A stretch of 64,000 bases of DNA, taken from NCBI GenBank assembly GCA_030390025.1, contig CM059431.1:106828001-106892000 (forward strand), written 5' to 3'. This stretch comes from Squalus acanthias (Eukaryota). Shown piece after piece: positions 11,451 through 24,150 of this stretch (position 1 is the first letter of the stretch; every line of letters begins with the position of its first letter). The notes beneath the pieces were generated by a model that saw only the letters and a list, made by a program, of their open reading frames with translations, ran no database searches and was not told where the DNA came from. The position numbers were made by a program, and so were the translations under genes.

Positions 11451-12317
11451 ACATTTGAATTAGGTGCACTGTCAGTTTGGGTGAATTGGAAGAAAGTCCC
11501 CGTCAGTGAGCGAGGGAAACTTTTTAAAAGATATTGACACCATCAGCCGGACATTGGGATTCAGACGAATGAGCACATATGCGAGAATTGACATAGGTAC
11601 AGTAACAAATTTGATTTTAGATAATGTAGCCCAGAAGATAAAGGATAGCTTGATACGTGAAGCTCCTAGTTAAAAAAAAAATTGAGGGAGGTAAATAAAA
11701 AAGCTAATGCACAAGAGCTCTGAACAGGAGCAACCAATTTCTTGTTTTGAATAACCGTACTGCCCACCACATATCACGTCCCCATTCTGCACTCACAGCA
11801 TATCTTGTTCAGTCTGTCTGCTCGTTAAATGATCTTCAGGCAGTTTTCGTCTAAGCAAGAAACAAGGCCTAGACATAGACGATCACATATTCTACAAAAC
11901 ATTACGCTTTTCGTTCTTTTGGGAACAAGGGAATGTCATATCTAGAATGCAACTGGTCAGACTTGAATAAAATTGTAACGTTGGCTTGTGGTTGATTACA
12001 AAGGGAAGGGAGGGCTGGGGTCGCCTGATTTCACAGTTTTATTTTCCTGGAGGTTTTATCCATGGTAAACAATATGCTCGATGAATTAAATAAATTTGCC
12101 TGATCTGCTGAAGGAGGGGATCTGTGGGCTCATACTTATTCAGGAATAAGTTAAAGTGCTTTCTTCGAACATTGCTCTTTCACTTCAAGGAACTCAACTG
12201 ATGCGATGAAAGTCCTCTCGCTATGCTGGTTGTAAGTTACCTCAATTCCTTGTGGATAGAGGCCTACAATACCAATTGACTCCAATTTGGCACTTAATTT
12301 AAAATGTTATACACTAT

Positions 12318-13262
12318 AGGCTTGGAGTTTCCGTTCAGTTGCGCTGGTTTTTTTTTTGGCGTAATTCGCCCGAAATCGGCCAAACCAGCGCAAAAGATCG
12401 TGGAATGTTAAGCACAAATTATGTTCGGCACAACTCGAGTTTTCGCGGTCTTTTGCGCAGGTTTAAGAAACACTGTGCTGGAAGCCGGGCCCGCCCACAA
12501 AACAGGCCCTGCCCCCAGATCGAATTAATCACCATTGGGAGTTTCCGCTAACGAAATCCGTTTGCAGGCCTTCGAGCAGGCTCTAAAAATTAAGTAGGTT
12601 CTTTTGGGCGCAAAGGCACTAATAGGAATATGCTAAAAGCTTTTGAATATATATTTTTCTAATTTACGAAGATTGTCCACCAATATAACTAAAAAATGGT
12701 TCTGTATAATTTTTTAAAAGCTATTTTCAGTTATTTAGAATCGGGTTACGCACAGGTGGTGAACTAAACACTCTGGGGGGGGAAAATTCGTTAGTGACCA
12801 TTTTGGGGTGCTAACATTGCCTGGGCGCAAAAATTTAGCCCCCGGTGAAAAATAGCACCGGCGATCGCGAACTTCAGTTTTAGCGCCCCAAGAGGGAGGT
12901 GGAATTCTAATTCTTCTTTCTTAGAGCACTAACCCCGAATATCGGGGGCGGTGCGTTCTGCAGCGCTACGCATTGGGCCACTTAGTGCCCCGCGAACCTC
13001 CTGCCGCTCCGTTCCCGCCCGCTGAATCGGTCGCTGTCATCGCCCGGCGCAGATTCAGGGCGCGCGGGCCAATTTTGCCGGCGGGGTCAAAACGGGGCAC
13101 TGCGCACGGCCATCTGCGCAGCAGAGCGGGGAGCTACCGGTGACCGCCGCCGCTAAACTCCTGCTGAATTTAGCGGGAGTCGTTAGCAGTGCCGCGCCCG
13201 GGCGGAAAGTAATTTGCGCCCCGGCGCTAGCGAGAGGCGCAAGTGCACCAAATTTCTAGCCC
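12318..13262. mobile_element. GC-rich TIR element, PIF/Harbinger-like
   Basis: Imperfect TIRs (ggcttggagtttcc / aaatttctagccc); right part resembles the elements at 49564 and 61115. Confidence 0.6.
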
Positions 13263-13385
13263 TCTGATTAAAAATGCTAATTTTTTGTGATAAACCCATT
13301 TTCAGCTGTATTAATCAAACTTCACCTAATTACCACTCTTAAATATATCAAGGAATATTAAAACAAAAAAGTTTTTAAATATCAC

Positions 13386-13770
13386 AATAACAAGTTGCAT
13401 TGATATAGCGCCTTTAACGTCGTAAAATATCTCAAGGAGCTTCACAGGAGTATTATCAGACAAAATTTGACACCGAGCCACATAAGGAGATATTAGGACA
13501 GGTGACTAAAAGCTTGGTCAAAGTGGTAGGTTTTAAGGAGCGTCTTAAAGGAGGAGAGAGGGAGGTAGGGAGGCGGAGAGGTTTAGGCAGGGAATTCCTA
13601 AGCTTAGGGCCTTGGCAGCTGAAGGCACGGCCGCCAATGGTTGAGCGATTAAAATCGGGGATGCTCAAGAGGCCAGAATTAGAGGAGCACAGAGATCTCG
13701 GAGGGTTGTGGGGCTGGAGGAGATTACAGAGATAGGGAGAGGGCGAGGCCATGGAGGGATTTGAAAACAT
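13386..13770 (-). mobile_element. L2-type LINE 3' fragment
   Basis: Reverse complement of the 7236-7610 type; translation GGRAFSCQGPKLRNSLP. Confidence 0.8.
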
Positions 13771-14357
13771 TTGAGAATGTTCTAAAACGCTGCCCGATTG
13801 CGCTGGGCCATGACAGATTTTACGTTTGCCGATATGCAAAAGAGTTTGAGCAGAAACTCGAGAATAGAAAACACTTCTCAAAACTAGCGCAGTTTTGGCT
13901 GCAATTTGCACCCGGATTGCCGATTGCACCCACAGCGGAAACTCTACACCCATCACTATTTATATAGTTACTTAGCACAGCAAGAGTGACATTAAACGCA
14001 ACCCAGTGAAGTAACAAACTGACAGCAGAGGTGTCTAAGGTAAGTGTCCCCTCAGGGTGTTTTTGGATGCTGGCTGCTGCCAGAGGCATTCAGGTCTGGT
14101 CTGCCATCTTGATTCTGATCATGCACGGCCTGATCGCTCAGCCCACCCACGCAATCTAACAATGCACTTTCAGCCAGATTGTCAAAGTAACAAAGATGTA
14201 CTAAGCATGAGCAGACAAATGCCATCTACCTGTGGTCATCTGTTGCTGAGTTTGCCCTACAGTATAGCCACGGCTGATTCAGCAGCAACAGAACAGAATT
14301 ATCAATGGGACATTATTTAAAGGCGCCGAAAGAATAGCTGCTTTAAAATAAATTATT

Positions 14358-15057
14358 CTGGGGATATGGACTTCACTGGCAAGGCCGGCATTTATTGCCC
14401 ATCCCTAGCTACTCTTGAGAAGGTGGTGATGGACCTTCATCTTGAACCGCTGCAGTCCGTGTGGTGAAGGTGCTTCCATAGTACTGTTAGGCAGGGAGTT
14501 CCAAGATTTTGACCCAGCATGGACGAAGGAATGGCAATATATTTCCAAGTCAGGATGGTGTATGTCTGGGAAGGGAACTTGGAGGTGGTGGTGTGTTCAT
14601 GCACCTGCTGAGCTTGTTCTCCTGGGTGCTGGAGATCAGGTTTTATAGGTGCTGTCAAAGAAGCCTTGGAGAGTTGCTGCAGTGCATCCTGTAGACAGTG
14701 CACACTGCAGCCACGGTGCGCCGGTGGTGGAGGGAGTGAATGTTTAAGATGATGGTTCGGGTGCCAATCAAGCGGGCTGCTTTGTCCTGGATGATGTCAA
14801 GCTTCCTGAATGTTGCAGCTGCACTCATCCAGGCAAGTGGAAAGTATTCCATCACACTCCTGACTTGTGCCTTGTAGGTGGTGGAGAGGCTTTGGGGAGT
14901 CAGGAGGTGAGCCACCTGCTGCAGAATACCCAGCCTCTGACCTGCTCATTTGGCCATGACATTTATGTAGCTGGTCCAGCTGAGTTTCTGGTCAATGGTG
15001 ACCCCCCCAGGAAGCTGATGGTGGGGGATTTGATGATGGTAATGTCATTGAATGTCA
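14358..15057 (-). mobile_element. CR1-group LINE 3' fragment (Zenon-like family)
   Basis: YKAQVRSVMEYFPLAW...IQDKAARLIG motif, shared with copies at 21003, 31185 and 56445; the clade name is tentative. Confidence 0.8.
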
Positions 15058-15334
15058 GACTGCAGGAAATGGAAACGTCACAAGTTGGAGGCTAGGTCAC
15101 AATATTGGGGCATAGTATAAGGAGTTTGACTCTGTGGGTGACTGTGCTGTACCTGATCTTGGGATGTTTGAGACTGGCACTGTGTGACTTATATGTGAAA
15201 TTGTTTAATTCCTTATTGCTAACATTCCTTGTTTTGGTGAGCACAGAAATTTGTTCAAAAATACATTCTAAGGCAGCGATAAAATGCATTTGTTTTAAAC
15301 AGAATTCAGATATGTTACAAAATAAAGATGAAAC

Positions 15335-15567
15335 TGTTGAGGCTGCCGCGAAACACAAATGAAGACTGAATCCATGTGTGGGAAAACAAAGGCTTTTTAA
15401 TACAACTGCATGGTCCAAAATGGCTGAAACAGACTGCTCCCAGAATTCTCTGGAAAAATCCTGAGGCCCATCCCACTCCTTTTCTCCTGCCTTAAAGGCA
15501 AGGTGCTCGATATATTGTCCACGGACGGAAAAGTGGATAATGCCCGTTTAGGTGGCGATCCGCCACA
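15335..15567 (-). repeat. 3' LTR (233 bp)
   Basis: Direct repeat of 19441-19689 with about 10 substitutions; preceded on the - strand by PPT ctggggggagctg (15568-15580). Confidence 0.95.
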
Positions 15568-15587
15568 CAGCTCCCCCCAGAATCTGC

Positions 15588-18500
15588 TTAGGAGGTGTGG
15601 ACGAGACGGTGCGGCGGTCTGATGGGCCGGCCGGAGCGGCTCTTGTTGGACGCCGGTGGACGTGGAACGGCCGGGCGTGGAGCAGCCGGGTGAACCGGCT
15701 TGAGGGCAGGTCGGCCGCGTGGTGGTGGACGAGCTACAGGGACCTGCTCACCGGGCTCCGAGTGTGCTGGCTTGAGTCAGTCAACCAACACTTTTTCGGT
15801 CCTGTCGCCCACTTGCAGGGTGAAAAATTTGTCCCCAGCCTATAGCACCTTGTAGGGCCCGTCGTACGGGGGTTGAAGGGGTCCGCGGTGGGCGTCGTGC
15901 CGGACGAAAACGAACCGTGCCTGGTGCAGGCTTAGTGGGACGTGTGAGGTGGATTCGCCGTGTCGGGCAATGGGCACCGGGGCAAACTGCAGCGCCGTTG
16001 AGGCGAAGTCATGGCGTTGCTGGTCGGCTGACCAGGGTGTCGTGGCGGTGGGCAGGAACTCGCCGGGTACGCGCAGCGGCTGACCGTACACGAGCTCTGC
16101 TGCCGATGCGTGGAGGTCTTCTTTAACCGCGGTGCGCAGGCCGAGGAGGACCCACGGAAGTCGGTCGGTCCAGGCGCCGTCCTAGAGGCTGGCTCGAAGA
16201 GATGCCTTCAAGGATCTGTGGAACCGCTCACACAGTCCGTTGGCTTGGGGGTGGTACGCTGTGGTGCGGTGAATGGTCACCCCGAGATTGCGTGCGACGG
16301 CGGTCCAGAGTTCAGAGGTAAATTGCGGACCTCTGTCTGACGTCATGTCGGAGGGGACGCCGAACCGTGCGACCCAGGTGCTGACGAAGGCTCTGGCGAT
16401 GTCGGCGGTGGTGGTAGAGGTCAGTGGAATTGCCTCGGGCCAGCGCGTGGTGCGGTCAACGATCGTCAGCAAGTGCGTGTGGCCTTGCGACGGCGGCACG
16501 GGCCCGACGATGTCCACGTGGATGTGGTCAAATCTACGCGAGGGGACGGTAAACTCCTCGAGGGGTGCTTTCGTGTGTTGCTGTACCTTGGCCCGTTGGC
16601 AAGCTAGGCAGGAGTTGGCCCAAGTACGCACATCCTTGCGAAGGCCGCGCCAGACAAAGCGGTTGGCTACCAATTTGATGGATGCGCGGGCGCCGGGGTG
16701 GGAGAGGTTGTGGAGAATGTCGAATACCTGGCGGCGCCAGGACGCTGGGACGACGGGCTGAGGTTGACATAGGGATATGTCGCACTTGACCGTGACTGCG
16801 GTCGGGCCACAGGCGACGTCGGCCAGGCGTAGCCCTGGTAGGTTGGTAAGTGCGGAGAGCAGATCAGAGTCGGTGATCTGGTCTGCTGCGAGTTGAGCGT
16901 AGTCGACTGCCAGGTGTGCGGCGTGGATGGCGGGGCGGGAGAGGCAGTCGGCTACCACATTGTCTCGGCCGGAGACGTGTTGGATGTCCGTGGTGAACTC
17001 GGACACTGCCGCGAGCTTGCGCTGCTGCCTGGCGGACCAGGGGTCGGTTGTCTTTGCCATTGCGAATGTCAGGGGCTTGTGGTCGACAAACGCAGTGAAG
17101 AGGTGGCCCTCAAGCAAAAAACGAAAATGGCGCACCACCAGGAACAGCGCGAGGAGCTCGCGGTCGAAGGTGCTGTAATTGACCTCCGGGGGGCGTAGTT
17201 GGCGGCTGAAGAAGGCAAGTGGTTGCCAGGCGCCGTCGATCAACTGCTCATACACGGCGCCGACCGCGTGGTCGGAGGCGTCCGTGGTGAGCGCTACCCT
17301 GGCATTGGGCCGTGGGTGCGCGAGCAGGGTGGTGTTGGCGAGCGCCGTCTTGGTGGAGTCGAAGGCGGCGGACGCGTCTGCCGTCCATTCGACCACCATC
17401 TTGCCGCTCCTGCCCCGGAGGGCTTCATACAGGGGTCTCATGAGAGACGCCGCTTTGGGGATGAAGCGGTTATAGAAATTCACCATCCCGAGGAACTCCT
17501 GGAGGCCTTTGATGGTGGTGGGGCGGGGAAATTGTTGGACGGCCTGCACCTTGGTGGGCAGAGGAATGGCCCCAGCATGGGTGATGTGGTGGCCGAGGAA
17601 CTGGATCTTGTCCAGGCTGAACTGGCATTTGGCTGGGCTGAGGATGAGCCCGTGGTCGCTGAGGCACCCGAACAGGATGCAAAGGTGTTCGAGGTGTTCC
17701 TGCTTGGAGGAACTGGCTACTAGGATGTCGTCCAGGTAGACGAACAGGAACTTCAGGTCCCAAAGGACCGAGTCCATGAGCCGTTGGAATGCCTGGGATG
17801 CGTTTTTGAGGCCGAAGGGCATCCGCAGGAACTCGAACAGGCCGAAGGGGGTGATTACGGCCGTCTTGGGGACGTCCGCGGGGTGGACGGGGACTTGGTG
17901 GTAGCCGCGCACCAGGTCGACCTTGGAAAAGACTGAGCGGCCGGCCAGTCTAGCCGAGAAGTCCTGAATGTGCGGCACGGGGTACCGATCAGGGGTGGTG
18001 GCGTCGTTGAGGCGGCGGTAATCCCCGCAGGGGCACCAACCCCCGCCTGGTTTGGGGGCGATGTGGAGTGGGGAGGCCCAGGGACTGTTGGAGCGGCGGA
18101 TGATGCCAAGCTGTTCCATGGTGGCAAACTCGATCCGCGCGATCTCCAGTTTGGCCGGGTCCAGCCTGCAGGCGTGGGCGTACACTGGGGGGCCTGTGGT
18201 GGGGATGAAGTGTTCCACCCCGTGTTTGGCGGCCTCCGCGGAGAAGGTCGGATTAGTAAGGGCCGGGAATTCGGCCAGGAGTGCCGAGTAGTCATCCGTG
18301 GCCTGGGCGTGGCACTGTGACGCCATGTCGGCGGGTTGACGGGGGGCCATGGCGCCCAGGATGGGGGACATGGTGTTCATGTCCACGAGGCGGTGACGAG
18401 GGATGTCTACCAGTAGGCCGTGGGCGCACAGGAAATCTGCGCCGATGAGAGGGGACAGCACCTTGGCAGTGATGAACTCCCATCGGTAGCGGCGACCAGC

Positions 18501-19400
18501 GAGGTCGAGGGTGACTGTCCAGGTGCCGTACGTCCGGATTTCCGAGCCGTTAGCAGCAGCCAGCGCCGGTCCTCGTTCGCCCTTTTGGATGTCGAGGGAG
18601 GAGGCCGGGATGATGCTGTGCTGAGCTCCAGTGTCGCACAGGAACCGGCGGCTGGTTTTGTCATCCGTGACGTACAGCAGGGAGCCCACGTGGCCCACGG
18701 CCATCGCGGGGGCTGGTACGGGGGCGGACGTGAAAGAGCAGGGAGGTGTGCACCGTTGTGCCCTGGCGCCGAACCGTGCATGGTAGTAACAGTGGCCCGG
18801 GTTAGTGGGGCGCGAAGGCTTCGTGGGCCTGGTGGCTGGTCCTTGTGGCCGCGTGGTGGCCGGTGAGGGGCGCGCCCAGGCATTGGCTGCCAGGTCCGGA
18901 GTGACGTCGCAGCTGGAGTGAGCGGACAGCAGCTTGTCGGCCTCATCGGCCAGGGCTTCCAGGTTCGTGAGGCCGGACGCCACGATCGCTGGGCGGATGC
19001 TGAGAGGGAGCTGGCGGATGAACAGCGTGCGGAAGAGGGATCCGGGTGGGCTCTCGTCGGTGAGGGAGAGCATGTGGGAGAGGAGGTCTGACGGTGAGGC
19101 ATCACCGAGGCCTGGAAGGTCGAGGAGGTGGCAGTTTCGCTGATATGCCGAGGCCGTAAATTTTTTCAGGAGCGCTGCCTTGAGATGTGCATACTTGCCT
19201 TCCTCTGGTGGGTTCTGCAGCGCTGTCCAAACCTTCGAAACTGTGGCGCTACCGAGTGATGTGACGAGGTAGTCGTACTGCGTCCCATCTGTGGTGATGT
19301 TTCGCAGCCGGAAGCGAGATTCAGCTTGGAGAAACCAGGCTTCGGGCTGGTTTTCCCAAAACTCCGGCAGTTTCACGGAAACTGCGTTCGTGTCTGCCAT
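15588..19400 (-). pseudogene. Gag-Pol polyprotein in one frame of 1271 codons; open for 1072 aa, then three in-frame stops in the integrase C-terminal part
   Basis: Gag CYYHARFGARAQRCTPPC (CHCC); protease DTG; RT YLDD; RNase H TDAS; integrase HHCC plus D,D35E; GPY motif; stops at 16182-16184, 15840-15842 and 15777-15779 with the homologous frame continuing (LPWVLLGLR, YGQPLRVPGEF, LKPAH, SRSGR) to TAA at 15588-15590. Confidence 0.93.
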
Positions 19401-19425
19401 TGCAGTGCTCGGAATACGTTCTGAG

Positions 19426-19439
19426 CGTCGGGGTCACCA
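19426..19439 (-). promoter_or_regulatory. Primer-binding site complementary to the tRNA-Trp 3' end
   Basis: TGGTGACCCCGACG lies 1 nt inside the 5' LTR and matches the known tRNA-Trp PBS TGGTGACCCCGACGTGAT over 14 nt. Confidence 0.9.
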
Positions 19440-19440
19440 A

Positions 19441-19689
19441 TGTTGAGGCTGCCGCGAAACACGAATTAAGACTGAATCCATGTGTGGGAAAACAAAGCCT
19501 TTTTAATAAAACTGCATGGTCCAAAATGGCTGAAACAGACTGCTCCCAGAATTCTCTGGAAAAATCCTGAGCCCCCGCCCACTCCTTTTCTCCTGCCTTA
19601 AAGGCAAGGTGCCTTAAAGGCAAAGTGCTCGATATATTGTCCACAGACGGAAAAGTGGATAATGCCCGTTTAGGTGGCGATCCGTCGCA
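19441..19689 (-). repeat. 5' LTR (249 bp), carrying a 16-bp tandem duplication absent from the 3' LTR
   Basis: Direct repeat of 15335-15567; the unit gccttaaaggcaaggt is duplicated here with one mismatch. Confidence 0.95.
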
Positions 19690-21002
19690 AAACAATTATA
19701 TCCTGGCAACCTCAGGACAAGTAATTTTCTCATTCACATCAAGTCTGGATTGAAGGAATCCTTTAATCTGGTCAACTGCCAAGACAATACTGAAAGGACA
19801 AAATGAGGAGATACCAATAAGTCACAATTCTGGTAAATTGCAATCTCCAGTGATAACCATGGCTACAGCCACATTACGTCAGACAAGGTCCCGGGTATCT
19901 GAGGGCCATTTTTAGGAGTCATGCTGCCAGCAAGAAGCTTTTCCTTCTTACATCACGGGCATGAGCCACGATGTTCTGCTTATTAATTATAATGAATGGA
20001 GAATCATGGGCAGTGCCCCTATGATTTGTTGCTACGCGCTGCCGATGGGCAAGGCTCCTCATGACCACCATGAACCCGGAATTTCAGGTCCACCATATAA
20101 TGCTGAAACACATTTTCTATTTTACTTTTTTACTTTGAAGGGAGCTCCAGTCTCAGTCTATAACGTAGAGAGCATGATCAGTTTTTTAACACGTAATTTA
20201 AGGCAACTATTGGTTTTATAATAACATGCTGCTTTACTTAAGAAATACTGTTCGATACCAAGTGATTCAAGTGGCCGATCATTTCATTTTCTTCTGCAAT
20301 ATAGTCACACAGTTTCTGTCATTGGAATGACAGCTACAATGTCGTTGTATTACGTGGTATATACCAAGATAACCCAATAAAAAATCTATAATATATTTAC
20401 AGACCTGAGACACCTCTGTGGATTCCTGTCTAACCTTTGCCATTAATTCCTCTAATGTGCTACTTGAGATTGTGCAAGGTAATGAGTTAACCTATAGTCT
20501 GATGGATTGGTAATATGCAGCAGGAACAATACTGAAATGTTTTAATTTAAAATTATCGCAAACCAGAAGTGGACACCAAGTTCCCTTACCTGATGCAATT
20601 GATTCTCTTCTTTCAGAGAGAGTGAAAAGTATAACACTGAACATGGTGTTGTTTATAAACATTATTGGCGTTCAAAATGCAAGATGTGACAACCTTACAA
20701 CTGTAAATTATAGATAGGCATTCTTTTATCTGTCTATGTAGTGGTTTAAATATTCCTGCTCAAACTTTATTCAATGCTTTTGTTCTGACTAACTTTTAAG
20801 AGGGCATACATAAGCAAATAAGAATCAAATTAACCCTTTACAGTCTGCAACATGACTTGAGATGAAGCTTTGATAGGGTTTCAGCCATTTGCCGTATGAA
20901 TCAGCTACCTTTATTATTGTGCTATAGACTAAATTTAAATATCAACAGTCCAGAGAATTTGACTGATTTCATTTCCAAAGAAACATCTGCAGGCAATTTT
21001 TT

Positions 21003-23135
21003 TAATTATTTGTTTATGGGATGCTGGCAAGGCCAGCATTTATTGCCCATCCCTAGTTGCCCTTGAGAAGGTGGTGGTGTGCTGCCTTCTTGAACCGCTG
21101 CAGTCCATGTGGTGAAGGTACTCCCACAGTGCTGTTATGGAGGGAGTTCCAGGATTTTGACCTAGCGACGATGAAGGATCGGCGATATACTTCTAAGTCA
21201 GGATGATGTGTGACTTGGAGGGGAACTTGGAGGTGGTGGTGTTCTCATGTGCCTGCTGCCCTTGTCCTTCTAGGTGGAAGAGGTCGCGGGTTTGGGAGGT
21301 GCTGCTGAAGGAGCCTTGGTGAGTTGCTGCAGTGCATCTTGTAGATGGTACACACTGTAGCCACGGTGCGCCGGTGGTGGAGGGAGTGAATGTTTAAGGT
21401 GGTGGATGGGGCGCCAATAAAGCGGGCTGCTTTGTCCTGGATGGTGTTGAGCTTCTTGAGTGTTGTTGGAGCTGCACTCATCCAGGCAAGTGGAGAGTAT
21501 TCCATCACACTCCTTACTTGTGCCTTGTAGATGGTGGAAAGGCTTTGGGGAGTCAGGAGGTGAGACACTCGCCCCAGAATACCTAGCCTCTGACCTGCTC
21601 TTGTTGTCACATTATTTATGTGGCTGGTCCAGTTAAGTTTCTGGTCAATGGTGACCCCCAGGATGTTGATGGTGGGGGATTCAGTGATGGTAATACCGTT
21701 GAATGTCAAGGGGAGGTGGTTAGACTCTCGCTTGTTGGAGATAGTCATTGCTTGGCACTTCTGTGGCGCGAATGTTGTGAAGGAATAAGCCATATTCAGA
21801 AAAATACACCATTCTATGAAAGAATTCTGGCCTTATTAAAACATGACAAACTAGGTCTGGAAATCTAGAAACCTGGCTATGAGAAGCTGTATTGTTAACA
21901 GCATACTGGCTATTGAGATAAGATAGTTGCTGACACTGAATCAATAACCTTATTGAAACAGAAGGTTAAAGGCTCCCGATGGTCTGAATCTTTGGGAACA
22001 GACAATGGTACACCCTGTTAAGGTGTTCTAAGTTACACTTCGTAAACAGGTACATAAAATTAAGAAACATATGCCTTCGTAAAAATGACATCAAGTAAAA
22101 GAAACACCTGCCGTCAAACTGTTTTTGTGTTGAACTTGGAATACCTGGAGGGGAGGAGAGACACGATTCTGCATTACTAACAGCTGAGGTGACTAAGAAT
22201 TGCATAGATCACCCTGGTTGAGGTGTTTTAATTTACACTTCGTAAAAAGACACAAACAGAAGAACTTGGTAAAAATGACATCAAATAGATGCACCTGCTG
22301 TTACACCATTTTTTATGGAGGGCTTGGGACACCTGAGGTAGAGACATAATTCTTCATTGCCACCAGCTGAGGTGACTGTAAGAATAGCAGGAGTCAGCAG
22401 AAAAATGACTAGAGATATTTAGCTTACATCAGCAGAAAACTTCAAAGGAAATACCACTGAAAAAGGATATAAATATTGAACTTTCAAATGGGATGATAGT
22501 CTCGCTGTAAAGGGGCAAAGCGATTCTCAGGCTTCAGAGGCGGCTCTGTAAGTCTACAACTCTTTGTACCTCGGGGATCAAGGTACTCTATTTGATTTTG
22601 GTGGATATTCTGAATAAGACTAAGAACTGTAAAACTGTAGCAAAGTTAAGATTTGAGAATAAGGATCTCTGATAATAAGATTGTAAAAGCTTCTCTTTTT
22701 GGAACTGTTAAAGTTGCGATTGAAACACCTACTGTAATTACATGTCGGTTCTTTAATAAATCTATATATTTTTAGAATTATCTCACGTAATACTTCTGTA
22801 TCAAACTCGCGAACTCAATCTCTGTACGCTCTTTGGTGAGGAGTTGCAGAACTCTGGGGGAGTTTTCCGGACCCTCATAATATCCAGAAGGTTACAGTCT
22901 AGTTAAGCTTATTAAAAGTGCTTTCTGGAGGATGGTAACATTTTCAGGTTGTTCCTTTCCTTTAGGGAGAGATAGTCCGGACCTTTAGACCCAATTAAGC
23001 GTCTTTAGGATTCAGCTACCTCAAGCTTTAGTTGAAAGTGAACGTCTGGGGAATACGCCTGATCTGGGGTAGTCCTAAAGGGGCTAGGACTAGTAATAAT
23101 CCCTTCAATGTTACCTGCCACTTATCAGCCCAGGT
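21003..23135 (-). mobile_element. CR1-group (Zenon-like) LINE fragment interrupted by a solo LTR
   Basis: ORF 21245-21793 (KCQAMTIS, ILGVTIDQKLNW, YKAQVRSVMEY); LINE-like sequence resumes at 23108. Confidence 0.8.
21776..23107 (+). mobile_element. Solo LTR (about 1.33 kb), ERV-like
   Basis: Termini (TG)TGAAGG...CCTTCA; ATGT duplicated at 21772-21775 and 23108-23111; TATAAA at 22468; AATAAA at 22755; internal diverged tandem repeat at about 22010-22390. Confidence 0.75.
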
Positions 23136-23719
23136 CATGTTGCATGAGGAGATCATTACCTGAGGAGACATTGACATTGTGTATTTTATGAGCTTCTATG
23201 GTGAAAATTACAAACACTCTTTGGGTTATTGGACTTGTTTAAATCTTTGACTAGTTTAGTACAAAGGAAATTCAATTCTGCCAATTTGACAACTTTGTTA
23301 CAATTTCAAACTAGTTTTTCTAGATACCTTACCAACTACTATTTCCCAATGGGAAAAGTGCTTCTAGCTCATCTGATTATAATTCTCCACTAATACAAGC
23401 CATACGTGCTTGTAAGTTACTATTGTTGAATTTGCCTTGATGGGCTAGTGAATAAATGCACTGTTCATTGTGGATCTGGAGTCATATCAACCACAAGGGT
23501 CCCAGCTTCAATCTCCAGTCTGTCTGTGGAGTTAACTCATAGGCTAGCTGTAGGGGGGTAGGGGGGTTCAAATTGACCTTAGTGCCCATGGGCAAGAGAG
23601 AAAGGAAAATCAATGACGGTTCCCAGTCCTGGTATCCAATAACCCTTGTTAGAAAGTATGTATGTGTAGATACCCAAAGAAACAAGATTGGGCTTGGTTG
23701 TATTGCCCTGGTTGGATAG

Positions 23720-24150
23720 TTACATCGAGTCTATAGCACAGAAACAGGCCATTCGGCCCAACTGGTCCATGCTCCACATGAGGCTCCTCCCACCCCTACT
23801 TCATCTTACCCCATCAGCATATCCTCCTATTCCTTTCTCCCTCATGTGCTTATCTAGCTTCCCCGTAAATGCATCTATACTATTTGCCTCAACTACTCCT
23901 TGCGGTTTGGTTTTAGAAGTTCCTCCTGAATTCCCTATCAGATTTATTAGTGCCTATCGTATATTTATGGCCCCCTAGTTTTGGTCTCCCCCACAAGTGA
24001 AAACATTTTTTCCACGTCTTCCCTATCAAACCGTTTCATAATCTTAAAGGCCTCTATCAGGTCACCCCTCAGCCTTCTCTTTTCGAGAGAAAAGAGCCCC
24101 AGCCTGTTCAGTCTTTCCTGATAGTTACAACCTCTCCGTTTTGGTATTAC
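23720..24150 (-). mobile_element. CR1 LINE 3' fragment
   Basis: YQERLNRLGLFSLEKRRLRGDLIEAFKIMK motif. Confidence 0.85.

Larger units (their letters stand above)
15335..19689 (-). mobile_element. Full-structure Ty3/Gypsy LTR retrotransposon, CsRN1/Kabuki-like lineage
   Basis: LTRs at 15335-15567 and 19441-19689, both TG...CA; target duplication AAAC (15331-15334, 19690-19693); PBS and PPT present; domain order gag-PR-RT-RH-IN. Confidence 0.97.

Noticed and set aside
13968..14046. Exon ending at the strong donor AAG|gtaagt near 14040
   Set aside because: All three frames from the nearest acceptor contain stops
16182..19400. 1072-aa ORF as a domesticated host gene or an active element
   Set aside because: It retains LTRs, PBS and TSD, shows substitutions at conserved residues consistent with CpG decay, and has three stops in the integrase C-terminal region
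15303..19720. A host exon disrupted by the Gypsy insertion (reconstructed ttttaaacag|AATTCAG...GGACAA|gtaatt, 59 nt)
   Set aside because: The donor is weak, the length does not preserve phase with the other candidate exons, and the peptide is unrecognisable
20586..20705. Minus-strand exon with donor CAG|gtaagg
   Set aside because: Stops occur in all three frames; there is no support as a coding exon
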